From contig JBHGNT010000003.1 in NCBI GenBank assembly GCA_043228905.1, positions 4,960,001 through 5,024,000 of the forward strand: a stretch of 64,000 nucleotides of DNA, given 5' to 3'. The notes beneath the pieces were generated by a model, which had not been told where the DNA came from, made no database searches, and was given only the letters and a program-made list of their open reading frames with translations. This document shows, one piece after another, positions 1 to 11,908 of this stretch. The position numbers and the translations under genes are program-made. Origin of the DNA: Azolla caroliniana. Lineage: Eukaryota > Plantae > Polypodiophyta. The first letter of the stretch is position 1, and every line of letters begins with the position of its first letter.

Positions 1-551
1 GAGGATAAAAATTTGCCACACCCAGTGGAAAACCAACTTGGTATCACCCTCACTTCTTTGTCAGAGTCTCATTCAAAGTATCTAGACAACGCTCTTCCAT
101 ATATCAATGGTCTCTTTAATGTTTTGACTATAGTTGCTAGGCTCGGGATTTCCTCTGTGGCACCCCTTGCAAGCTCTTTAATACCTGATTGGACACCCCA
201 CCTTAAACTAGCAAAACAATACCCAATGATAGAAAGTACTTTGAAATCAAAAAAAGATACATATAGTCTAAGTACACTAGACTCTTCTTCCAAAGAGTGG
301 CAAAAGTGCTTGGCATCCATATTGATGGAAAAGGGAGGTTTGACAGACCAAAACATAGCTAAGAAGTTTTGCCTCCAACGTGCCATCTATTATGAAGCTG
401 AAGGGAGGACTCGAGTTGCATGGTTATGCAAGACACACTACAGAGGACAACAACCTTTTTCGTTAGGTTGAATTACATCGTGTTGTGTGGATTTGAATCG
501 ACAAAATTCTCTCATTGGTTTGGACTTAGGTATACTTTTATTGTAAACTTG

Positions 552-716
552 CATCTGTTCCTTCAGGAAACCTAGATGGGCTTTTATAACTTAAAAATAA
601 TTGTCCCAATTTAGGACTCATGTTGTCACGGACATCTGTTCCTTCATGAAACCTAGATGGGCTTTTATAACTTAAAAATAATTGTCCTAATTTAGGACTA
701 ATGTTGTCACGGACAT
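552..716. repeat. 81-bp tandem duplication spanning the left junction of a solo LTR
   Basis: catctgttccttca...tgttgtcacgga starts at 552 and again at 633, with about 3 substitutions and a 'cat' overlap at the junction. Confidence 0.9.
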
Positions 717-1204
717 GACAATAGTAATGTCAAGATTTGAACTCTTGACCACTTGTGTTAAAATCAAGGGTTATGTTCTAACCTAGAGATCCAAATACAT
801 GTTGATATTATATATATGTCAATAGATTATTAGTAGATTGTCTATTTCAAGTTCTAGGAGTTTTTAGAAAGTTCTAGAACGAGAAGGTTATAGAGGAATT
901 AAGAATATTCTCATGCATGTGCTTTGACTCACAATATAAAACTTGTAACCTCCGAGGTCCCTTTCAAGGGATTCAACACCAGTCATTGACACATCAATAT
1001 AGTATTATCGTTTCGCCTCATCTTGTCTCCTTGATCTTCATCTTTGTCTTCACGCTCTCCATAGCTTCCTAAGTTTATAGTCTCATCTTGCACAACTTCT
1101 AGAGTTCCTAGCCTTGTCACTTCCTATTCCACATTCTTAGCTTTATCAATCATAGCCTTGTCATTTATGCTCCATCATGGTCAGCGGTTGGTGTGTCCAT
1201 GACA
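705..1204 (+). mobile_element. solo LTR (about 500 bp)
   Basis: Termini TGTCACGGACA...TGTCCATGACA form an 11-bp inverted repeat with 1 mismatch (TG..CA). The 5-bp TSD CATGT is at 1205-1209 and at 619-623 (aatgt at 700-704 in the duplicated copy). TATAAA at 935-940. Confidence 0.75.
866..880 (+). promoter_or_regulatory. perfect 3-unit heat shock element in the solo LTR
   Basis: aGAAa-gTTCt-aGAAc matches nGAAnnTTCnnGAAn and lies about 55 bp upstream of the TATA box. Partial units flank it (agttctag near 850, aGAAtaTTCt near 902). Confidence 0.55.
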
Positions 1205-1555
1205 CATGTCTAGCTTATTAGTGAATTTTTACGAAGTGTATAATGTCTTTTTTTCTAATCAATGTGTCTCTTCTAGGTATGTTACATTGAATGCATTTCT
1301 TTTTAACATAATGAAACCTTTCAAGATGGGTTTAAAGTAATAAAATTATGTAGTTGACTTAATAAACAAAACTAGTCCTCTCCCTCTTAAAAAATCACCT
1401 ATCCTAGCAAAGAAATTATTTGATGCAATAATGTGGCTTAATTAATCTTCTAAATGATCTAAACAACATATGAAGGTACAAAAAATGAGCAAAACATTCT
1501 TCTACTAATTAGGTACCACAATCTTAACCTTACGACAAAGTAGTTAACACCAATC

Positions 1556-1586
<31 letters not shown>

Positions 1587-1651
1587 TGTTGTGGAATAGA
1601 TTAGATACTTGATCATCCATATTGATAAGGCTAATATTGACCTATGCGACT

Positions 1652-1706
1652 TGTAAAGAATCGGGCATGATTCTTGTGCAGCAGAATAGGTTAGAGATGT
1701 GTGTTA

Positions 1707-1751
<45 letters not shown>

Positions 1752-2062
1752 TAGAGGAGAGAAAACAAAAGATAGATTAGAGAGACAATAGAATACTCAA
1801 GAAGATGTATATTACAAAGGAGATTAATCGACCTAAATTACAAAGTAGGAGGAGAGTGCTTTATATAGTCACTCTCTCTATTCATTAACTACCGAAGCTC
1901 ATGGGTCATGGGGAATATGAAAACTCATTAGTTATGTGTCATAGAATATGATTCTATGACACATAGTTAATGTGTACATAAGAGTGGTGACTTTTGACCT
2001 TTGAGTGCACACTCTCAAGGTTGTGTTCACACACTAGACTAGGTTGAGCTTGATTCTCAACA
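1652..2062 (-). repeat. 3' LTR of copia element
   Basis: TG...CA ends; matches 6517-6915 with about a dozen substitutions counted by eye plus microsatellite length differences. Confidence 0.95.
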
Positions 2063-2076
2063 CGCCCCCTCAAGCT
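2063..2076 (-). other. polypurine tract
   Basis: AGCTTGAGGGGGCG immediately before the 3' LTR on the minus strand. Confidence 0.85.
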
Positions 2077-2089
2077 CAACTTTGGTCAG

Positions 2090-5000
2090 CTACTTCGGTT
2101 GATGTCCGCTTTGGCTCGTATGTTCGGACGGTATTCGGTACATCCGGCTCGTATTCCCCCTCAAGCTTGGCAAGTCAAGGACCGCCAATCCAAGGTCTGA
2201 CAGGAATTGCCCAAGTTTGTCGGCTCCTAGGGCTTTGGTGAAGATGTCAGTTGTCTGAAGATTCGTAGTGATATGTTGAAGGTCGAAATCGCCAGCCTGA
2301 ACACGCTCTCGAATGAAGTGATAGTGTACTTCGATATGCTTCGTGCGTGCGTGGAACACCGGGTTCCGAGCCAGATAAATATTGATCATGTTGTTGCAGT
2401 AAAGGAGAATCGGATCTTTGATGGGAACTCCCAGATCCTTTAATATCCTCTTGAGCCATACAGGTTCACATGCAGCCACCGCTGAGACCCTGTATTCAAC
2501 CTCTGTGCTCGAAAGAGCGATGGTTGGTTGCTTCTTGCTACTCCAGGAGATGGCTCCACTTCCGAGGGAGAAGACGAAACCAGAGGTTGATCGTCGGTCG
2601 GCTTTGTAGCTTGCCCAGTCAACATCTGTGCACCCCTCGAGTTGAATTGGCGTGACCGACTTATAGAGAATTCCATAGTCCATCGTTCTGCTCACGTATC
2701 GTAGCACTCTCTTAGCACAATCCAAATGGATATCTTGTGGCGTTTGCATGAACTGGTTAAGAAGGCCGACTGGATAGCTCAGGTCTAGTCGAGTGATCGT
2801 GAGGTAGATAAGACTACCGATCAGTTGTTGATATTGAGTCGGCTCACACTCTGTGGTGCCAGAATTGGCATTTAGTTTGAGGTTTCAGTCGAGAGGTGTT
2901 GCCACAGCCTTGCACTCAGTCATCCCAAACTTATATAACAAGTTGAGAATGTAGTGTCGTTGGGAGATTATAATCCCGGCTGGAGTCCGAATTACCTCGA
3001 TGCCAAGGAAGTAGTGGAGCTCTTTCATGTCTGTCATCTCGAATTTGTTGGAAAGGAGGGATTTGACATTTTTGATGTCGACTAGATGCTCACCTCCAAT
3101 GACCAGATCATCCACGTACAGGATGATGATCGGACTTTCAGAATCACTTCTTACATAGAGAGAAATGTCGGATTTTGACATTTGGAAGCTGATTCGATGA
3201 AGATATTGTGTTATCTTGAAGTGCCAAGCACGTGGTGCTTGCTTTAGGCCGTAGAGAGGCTTCTTGAATCGGCAGATGGCTTTCGGATTAATGTTGGATT
3301 CGAAGCCGGGTGGTTGTATCATGTACACCTCCTCTTCTAATTCACCTTGAAGAAAGGCGTTCTTGACGTCTATTTGGTGGAGGTGCCACCCTTTCGCCAC
3401 TGCAAGTGCGATCACGATCAGCACAATCGTCATCTTTGCCACCGGGGCAAAGGTCTCTTCATAATCGACTCCATGTGTTTGTGCGTAGCCCTTTGCTACG
3501 AGTCGAGCTTTGTAGCGGTTGACGGAACCGTCGGCATTATACTTCACTTTGTATATCCATCTGCAGCCGATTGCCTTCTTGTGCGGTGAGTGAGGACGAG
3601 ATCCCATGTCTCATTCTTGCTGAGGGCTTGCATCTCCACGTTCATCGCTTCGACCCATCACGGATCTTTTGCGGTTTCGGCAAAGCTCTCTGGTTCTCGA
3701 ACTGCTACCAGCTTCATCATAAAGGCATAGTGGTATGCCATATAGTCGTTGTAACCAAATCGGCTAACCAGATTCTTCTCTCGGGTGGAGTGAGGGAGTT
3801 TCTCATTTGCCGATGTGAGTGCTTTCTCAACTCCGGGTGACCTCATAAGAGGCACATTAAAGCCATCGAACTCACTATCGAGTGAATGAGTTGATTCGTT
3901 GCTGTCAAAGTGATCGTCTTCATATTTTGGCATTTTGGCCTTCCCTTTGTTCATCTTTGGACTTGGCTGAGATGAGTTTTGGTTGCTCGGAGGCTCTTGT
4001 GGTCCGCTCAATCTGGTTGAGATCGGACTGTCTTCGAGTATTGACCTTAGTGGATCATTGTCTTCTGTGTTGTCAAGGTCATTCGTAGATGGTTCGGGAG
4101 GAGTCAGCTCGGGTTTGTACCATGATGTCGATTCATCAAAAACAACATCCCAACTTACACGAGTCTTCCGAGTAGAGGGGTTGAAGCACTTGTACCCCTT
4201 TTGCTCCAGTGAGTACCCCACGAGGATGCACTTCTCTGATTTTGGGTCAAGCTTTTGCTGCTTCTCATCAGGAATGTGTACATTTGCAATGGAGCCGAAT
4301 ATCCTTACATGGGATAGATCCGGCTTCTTCCCATAGTATTTCTCGTGTGGGGTGACCCCGTGCACTCCGGATGTTGTGCACTGGTTCATGAGGTAAACGG
4401 CGGTATTTGCAGCTTCTGCCCAATATGACTTGGGCATATACTTCTCATTTAGCATGGCCCTTGCTACTTCGAGGATTTGTTGATTCTTACGTTCGGCTAC
4501 ACCGTTCTGTTGTGGTGTGTGTCGGCAAGTGAATTCTCGCCGATTTCCTTCTTGTCGAAGGTATGCCGTGAACGCATCGGAGAAGTATTCCTTTCCTCCG
4601 TCCGACCGAAGACATCGTAAATGACGCCCTATTGTCTTTTCGACTTCGCTTTTGAATTTTTGGAAGTGTGTAAACACTTCGCTCTTCATCCTCATGGGAA
4701 AGATCCATGTGTATCTAGAGAAGTCATCAATGAAGGTAACATAGTACCGACATCCTCTGAACGTAGCCATTTGTGCCGGTCCCCACACATCCGAGTGGAC
4801 TACGTCCAATAGGCCTTTGCTCACGTTCCTCTCCTTCGGGAACGGGTGCCAATGTTGCTTGCCGAATTGGCATGCTTCACGTACTCCTTCAATCTCTTTC
4901 TTTTTGAAAGTCGGGAGCCCGATGACGACTCCTTTGGATTGCATCGCCTTGAGTTTGTTGAGATTGATATGGCCAATTCTTTTATGCCATAGCTCTATGT

Positions 5001-6337
5001 CGGTGTCGGATTTGAGCCCTTTGCGTACATGGCCGATTTCACCTCGTTTGACTCGAGGATAACCATTCTACCTTCCCTCCGACCCTGAGCGATGAGTCGG
5101 CCTTCCTTCTCAATGAAGCAACCACCTTGGTTGAATCGAACTTGCATCCCTTGCTCCACTATTTGGCCGATTGAGACCAAATTCTTCGTTATGGTGGGTA
5201 CATGTAATACATTTTTTATGCAAGTTTGTTCGCCATCTTCCCCGAATGGGACATTGCCAATATGTCAAATCGGATGAGTGGTGTCATCCCCGGTCTCGAC
5301 ATAACCGGGTTGATTCGGCTCTCGAAGGTCTTTGAACCATTATTGATGGGACGTCATATGGTTCGAAGCACCGGAATCGACAAACCATACATCTTCTGGA
5401 TTTGAGGCATTAGTCGAAGTAGATGCCGACATAGAATGCGCTCTATGTCTCATCACGGACATTCCGCCGTGATTGTCATAGTCGGAGTTGATGGCATAGT
5501 TGGTGAGTTGTCGGCTAGTGGAAGCCGACTCGCGTATCTTCTTACGGCATTCTTCTTCGTGGTGACCGATTTTCTTGCAATATCCGCATTCGACCATGCT
5601 TTGTCGATTCGGACCGGAATGGAAGCTCCCCGTTCTTCCGAAGGTTCCTTGATGGCTTCCATCTTGATGTCGAAATTGCGAGTTGTTTTCGTAAGTTGGG
5701 CCTCGTCCGGCTCGTCCTTGGCCGAATCGGCCTCTTCTTACACAGCCGCGTCCTCTTCCTCCGTCCGAAGGCCTGTAGAGCATGTGGCCTTCCAAGGCGT
5801 TGCTCCTCGTTCGAACATGGTTTCTTCGATCAACAACATAGATTGAAGATCGAAGAAGGAGGGTGGATTCTCCCGTGCTATTACGGCGGTCCACATCGCG
5901 CCGAATCGTGGTGCAAGGCCATTGAGGCATATTTGCACCATCTCATCATCGTCCACATTGACACTTATCGAGCCAAGTGAGTCACAAAGCTCCTTGATCT
6001 TCAAGGTGTAGCTTGTGATGGACATATCCCTTTGTTAAATGTTGCTCAACTCTTGGCGGAGTTGAGGCTTTCTCACGGTAGTGTTGGCGGCGAAAATCTT
6101 TTGTAGATTCTCTCACGCTTCCTTCGGCGTCTCGGCTTCTCGAATGTACCCGAGCATGTGGTCGTGAACTCATGTCACCCACGTTGCATAGTCGACGTCT
6201 TCCGGGTTGGGTCTATTTTCTTGTGCTCCCTTGATGTAACCCCAATAGCCTTGGCCGACAAGGTATTGGTGCATCTTGTACTCCCAAGATGCGAAGTTGT
6301 TTCGGTCCAACTTCTCGGTAGGGAGAGCCCTCCCCAT
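2090..6337 (-). pseudogene. copia gag-pol polyprotein with frameshifts and stops
   Basis: ATG at 6337 (MGRALPTEKLDRNNFASWEYKM). Broken into ORF pieces 5738-6025, 5340-5930, 4995-5180, 3658-4944, 2885-3607 and 2090-2749. Confidence 0.92.
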
Positions 6338-6505
6338 TTGAGTATTCATTGTCGATTAAGCTTTCTTTCTTCTTTTCCTTCTCTCTCGAACACGAGCTAT
6401 ATAGTGGTACTATGATAGCGATGAGCCGGTTCTTCTTGAACATTGGCGTAGAGCACAACACACGATCACGATGAGACGAGTGGGCTAGATCGAGCTACCA
6501 AATCA

Positions 6506-6516
6506 CTCTGATACCA
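6506..6516 (-). other. primer binding site (tRNA-iMet)
   Basis: TGGTATCAGAG directly after the 5' LTR. Confidence 0.9.
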
Positions 6517-6571
6517 TGTAAAGAATCGGGTATGATTCTTGTGCAACGTAATAGGTTAGAGATGTGCGTTA

Positions 6572-6609
<38 letters not shown>

Positions 6610-6915
6610 GAGAGAAAACAAAAGATAGATTAGAGAGACAATAGAATACTCAAGAAGATGTATATTACAAGGGAGATTAATCGACCTAAATTACAAAGTA
6701 GGAGGAGAGTGCTTTATATAGTCTCTCTCTCTCTTCATTAACTACCGAAGCTCATGGGTCATGGGGAATGTGAAAACTCATTAGTTATGTGTCATAGAAT
6801 ATGATTCTATGACACATAGTTTATGTGTACATAAGAGTGGTGACTTTTGACCTTTGAGTGCACACTCTCAAGGCTGTGTTCACACACTAGACTAGGTTGA
6901 GCTTGATTCACAACA
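6517..6915 (-). repeat. 5' LTR of copia element
   Basis: Direct repeat of 1652-2062; contains (TG)n(AG)n and TATATAAAG on the minus strand. Confidence 0.95.
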
Positions 6916-7039
6916 CAACCAAATCAACATATCATTTTGTGTTTTAGACCTTCCTAACAAAAGGGGCTACTACTATGTAATAAAAATTGTTGATGTGAAA
7001 ATAACGCAAATATGTGCTCAGTTGATCGATGAACGGACA

Positions 7040-7420
7040 CCTTCAATGTGGATAGTTGGTGCTATGAATGCACGAGAGGCAAAATCATCAAGATCTATTT
7101 TGAGAGAGGCTTGCAGTCCACATCCCCTCGGTTCCCAGAAATTTGGATGTTGATTGCAGGCTTCACCATGTGGTATGTATGGGAAGCATGTTGCCTAAAG
7201 GTTTTCCAAGATCTGGGACGCCCCCTGGAGGAAGTGATCAGGGATATATAGTTCGCGATTATCAGCTTCCTACAAGGGCAAATGGATGATGTTTGCAGCC
7301 ACTCCAACGACATGCTCACTACCCGTTTGTGCTTTTGGTAGAAATTGTTGAACACACCCATGGAGACACAAGGAGGAAGTGGCCCAAGGTGGAACTACCA
7401 ACCCCCACGCTGACTATTTC
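7040..7420 (+). mobile_element. degenerate L1-clade LINE 3' ORF2 fragment
   Basis: IWMLIAGFTMWYVWEACCLKVFQ resembles the L1 C-terminal W-x-I/V-W-x-x-R-C-x-x-V-F motif. Confidence 0.5.
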
Positions 7421-7749
7421 CTACTCATCTCCCACCCTCCCTTCGTTGTAGGCCCCAGAAGTTGGCTCGTACTAGATGACACTGAAGGGCACCACGTTTA
7501 GCTATAGGTATCTACTTACATTAAGTAGTTAGTTCGAAGCGCTATGTATGTAGTCTCATTTTCTTAAACTTGGTCGGAGGGTGATTCCCCAATTAATGTA
7601 TAAGCCTCCTTGTATAGTCAATTAAAGTAGTTATTTGATGTTGAAACATTTGTATACACCGTGCTTTCCATAGAGATCATATAGGTATTGGAGGCAATCT
7701 ATCCCATAACTACTTTAATTGCAAAGAAACATCCAAGCCAACATTATAA

Positions 7750-9000
7750 GATACAACAAGAGTACTCACATCCAAATCGTTAATTTAGAAAGAATGATTG
7801 GAATCCATCTCATAAGATTATGAAATGAACTCCAAACAACTTCGGAATTCAAAGTCAACTCCAAAACTTTATAACCAATGTACAACCGCAAAAACAATGA
7901 TGAATTGCTTCTTGTGATTGGCAAACTAAACAAGCTACTTGACCATAGGGTATTCACATACTAACTGGAACTCTACACCAAACGAACAACCTTTGGAAAG
8001 CTCTAATTCTTTGAGCAATTGGAATAGTTCCAATCTAACCCCAAAATTTCCGTGAAAATTGGTTTGAAAACACTTTAGTATTGCAATAAGCCTCCCAAGA
8101 AAATTACTAACAATTCTTATTATGAAAAATATGTCTAGCTAACTTTAGCAAGCATTGAGAAAAGCTAATTACTTTACCGTCCAATGCAAATGAATCCTTC
8201 CAAACAAAAACTCCACAAAGTCCAAAGTAACCACACCTATGGATGCATATCCAACACTCATTAAACCCATCCACTTTTACATCTACAGATTCCGCTCAAT
8301 TGACTTATCATCAGATTGGCTAGCCATAATATTTACTCTATGAACATCGGTGTATCATAAGATCTCCATGTATACAATGTTAGGCACCAATCTACCATCA
8401 TCCAAAACTTTCAAAACAACTAAAAGTCATTATTCCTTCCCATCATACTCACAACCAACATTCGTGTAAACTAAAAAATAACCCACATAGACAAACCTCA
8501 CTAACATAAAAGTAGTGAGTATTCTAAAAATAATTGGCCACCACACAACAATTATGGAGTTGAACATCAGTGGACCACCATGAATGCTTTATATAATCCT
8601 CAAACACTCTTACAATCAGATGAACATCCATTTCAGCAAATTGTTATGCCCTTGGTCCATTTGATTTCTACAAATATTATGCAAACTTGAGACACCCTCT
8701 CTACAATTGAACCTACTACCATAAACATAGCTTCAAACTTTTACATCAAACCTATGTAAAGTACATTTTATTCGGATTTATTAAAGACAGGGTGCAGTTG
8801 AAACTCTAAAGAGAAAACCTTTATGCCAACAATATTCTATGAAGGCTGTCATAAACCATCAAAATGATGTCTAAACATTTTTAAGTGTATGATCATTAAA
8901 GAGAAACGTCAATATACTACACTAACATTGTCTCGTAGCTAATCATGTGGCCAAAATACCACGTGTATTGCTCAAATCTTCGGTCTAGTACTATAATGGC
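7750..9000 (-). mobile_element. highly degenerate L1-like RT remnant
   Basis: Scattered weak motifs (GGPL, GY..IGV, FVW...KV, GGL) in L1 order; no intact ORF. Confidence 0.3.
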
Positions 9001-9042
9001 CTAATGCAGACAATAGCTGCTCCAAGAGGTTTTAGTTTGGCC

Positions 9043-9340
9043 ATGAATGGGAACCTAGGTTAATTCGTATTATTGTTTATCATTGTCTTAACTTATTCTC
9101 ATACTCTTACTGAAATATGTTGAATTAATTAGTGTCAGATTTAAAAGCAATTTTCTTATTATATGTATGTATAAATATAGAAGTTTTATTTTGGTAATGA
9201 ATGGGAACCTAGGTTAATTCGTATTATTGTTTATCATTGTCTTAACTTATTCTCATAATCTTAATGAAATATGTTGAATTAATCAGTGTCATATTAAAAA
9301 TCCATTTTCTTATTATATGTATGTATAGATATAGTATTTT
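9043..9340. repeat. 154-bp tandem duplication
   Basis: atgaatgggaacctaggttaattcg starts at 9043 and at 9197; several substitutions. Confidence 0.9.
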
Positions 9341-10832
9341 TCGTCATAAATGAAACAATATTTAATAGAAGAATTAAAAAGTATATATATGTAATCGAAT
9401 TGAGCACACGGATTCTATTAGGCTAATTCCTACATCTTATCAAATTCGTATCTCATCCCTAATGTCATACATTACATCCCTAATAAGTTTTTATATCATT
9501 TATATGGGTTCTTCCTTCGCACTTTGTAGAATGCATTGAATTAGATTCTTTGGGCAGAACCTAGATTTTCAAATAGTAAAAAACAGCAATGAACATATCA
9601 AGAAGAGCAAGAACTGTAAACGACATAGCTAAAAGAACAAACCCTAGGATGTGGGCTTGTGAACTTCCTCATCAGCTTCAACTACATCAAGGGAATGAGA
9701 CAAGCATAAATGTTGCTTCTTCAACTAAGAGAGCTATGGAAATTAGTATTGTGTGACTCCATTGAAATATTGTTCACGCAAATTGTTAACTCGATGAGTG
9801 AGAGTAATAGCATTCAAGACGACATAATCATAACTCAAAACTCAATATTAATGAATTCAAAGTTTTGGACATCACACAATTTTTTTTCAAATGTTTATTA
9901 GTGGCATACTCTTGAGAATCTATTAGCCAAAAGAACAACTAAAAGTATTGTAACATACTAGCTTCTAAGCTATATTAGTGTTCCCATGCCCATGCTTTCA
10001 CCATTACAAAACAGTGCGTTAAACAATCAAGACAAATCTCTCTCAACTAAGTCAACACGCCCTAAGTAGGAATCTTAATAATGTCTAGAGTTACACCACC
10101 TTCCCGAGTTCATGTTGCTAGTATGGTACGCCTTCTACCCTATTGTACAACACAAGTAGAAGTGGGTGTCAATCGTGCGACACCTAGAAACAATTATGTT
10201 TTCATGACGAAACTCTCTCAAATAACTAATCTCACTCTCTTTGTTAGGATTCAACAAGAGACGAACCATTTAGAGAAGCTAATTCGTTATCTTTTATACC
10301 TTATTGCAAGTTGGGCGCATTTGTCTTTGTTTCTCCCTTGGAAAAAAGTTGACAAAATTAAAAAACATTAAAGCTGCTTATTTAAAATAGAAACTAAAAC
10401 AACTCTTTAACAAGTCTCCTCTCTCCTTACTCATCGGTAGAAATCATGATAAAATTAGAAGTAAAAACAAAAGCATTGTTATAACTACACTTAAATCGGT
10501 ACTTTGGGTCACCAGTTCATATGGAATTTTCTTTATATTCGTGGACAGCCTTACTTTTTATACAATAAGGCTTGACAAATGAAGATATGGTCTAATGGGG
10601 ATGTAAATAATCCGTCAATCAAATATTTTAAAAGACTACATTTCTTAAACTAAAATTACAAGAAACTATTATCTCCACATACTCCATTTAAGCAGAATTG
10701 TGTATTATCTATGCCAACATGAGTATATCCCTCAATCCCCGGGCAACATTTACTCCTACAAATTGAGTTTCCAGATAATGTTAAAAGTATGTGCCCTACA
10801 ACCTAGAAGTTTCTAGGGCATGTGTACATGTG

Positions 10833-10887
10833 TCCAAACTTTGAAGTACCTCCAAACTTTGAAGTACCTCCAAACTTTGAAGTACCT
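10833..10887. repeat. 18-bp minisatellite x3 (tccaaactttgaagtacc)
   Basis: Three exact units. Confidence 0.95.
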
Positions 10888-11908
10888 TATCCAAGATTAT
10901 AGTTCTATATGTGTGTGTGTGAGTTTATATATATGTATATATATACATACATTTTGTTAAATTTCATAGGAAAAAGGTCGAAGAGATTATGATTATGAGC
11001 TCTCTATATCAATGTTAGCATCCCAATCATTCTAAGTCCATTGGCAACAAGGATTGCCAAAGTACCTCCTAAAGGAATTAACAGAAGAGCATGTCTCAGC
11101 ATAAGTAGTAGTACTAAAATTATCCCTCTTTATGACATAACTTGCAGACCTTCTCAACTCAACAAGGCATGACTCTGTTGAATGGCGAATATTGATCCAT
11201 GTCGTCTTACTCTTTAGATGAATGTGGTCTTGCCTAATAAGTTTGCTAGAAATGATGCATCCCAAAGAGGATCATGAGCACAGAAAATATAGAGAACCAA
11301 GTCCACTCTCTTTTAACTGATTTCCACTGATTGACAGATGACTCAAAAATGGGCACGGAAACAGAATTTGCTCACAAAAGAAATGTGAAAATTAGTAGTT
11401 CTTCGATCTTAAAACTGTTAATTTTCCATTGAACTTTCTGATCTTACACTCAAAGTACAGTGATTTATAAGTCAAACAGGTTGCAAATGCTCAGTATGAA
11501 AATGAATTTTCTGACCTCAAGAACTGGCTTGCACTTTAATTTGACATAATAAATGCAAAGAGTCAGAAGACAAAGAATACTGGAGATGCTTGGGATAGCA
11601 ACTCTTAGGTGATGGTGGGAGTATAAATGTGCATGATCACATTCATCCATAATGATGCAGTATGTCCTTTTCACTGCCAATGGTAGGACCAATCATTGAT
11701 ACCCTGATCTCAACCATGCCATTTAAAGGACAGCAGGATACATCTATATGCTTACATTGAAATGAGGGAATCCTATAAGTATTTGATCCAACCACTTCAT
11801 GCCATGTTCATCCGTTGAAGACTTCTTTGGTCCATATATTTTGCTTCATGCTATCTGCGTGTATTCTTGGCAAGACTTCCACCGGCTATATTGCTATTAA
11901 ATCTCCCA

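Larger units (their letters stand above)
1652..6915 (-). mobile_element. full-length Ty1/copia LTR retrotransposon (inactivated)
   Basis: Two LTRs, tRNA-iMet PBS and PPT are present. Domain order is gag (CGYCKKIGHHEEEC), protease (WFVDSGASNHM), integrase (HSDVWGP, TPQQNGVAER), RT (QIDVKNAFL, LYVDDL), RNase H (RTKHIEVHYHF). Degenerate TSD cgact (1647-1651) / caacc (6916-6920). Confidence 0.97.

Noticed and set aside
13-471. 152-aa ORF at the window start
   Set aside because: Begins at a non-ATG codon, has no recognisable motif or splice structure, and lies in a TE-rich context; cannot be assigned.
10833-10887. Short direct repeats as a possible CRISPR-like array
   Set aside because: The units are contiguous with no spacers and the context is eukaryotic.
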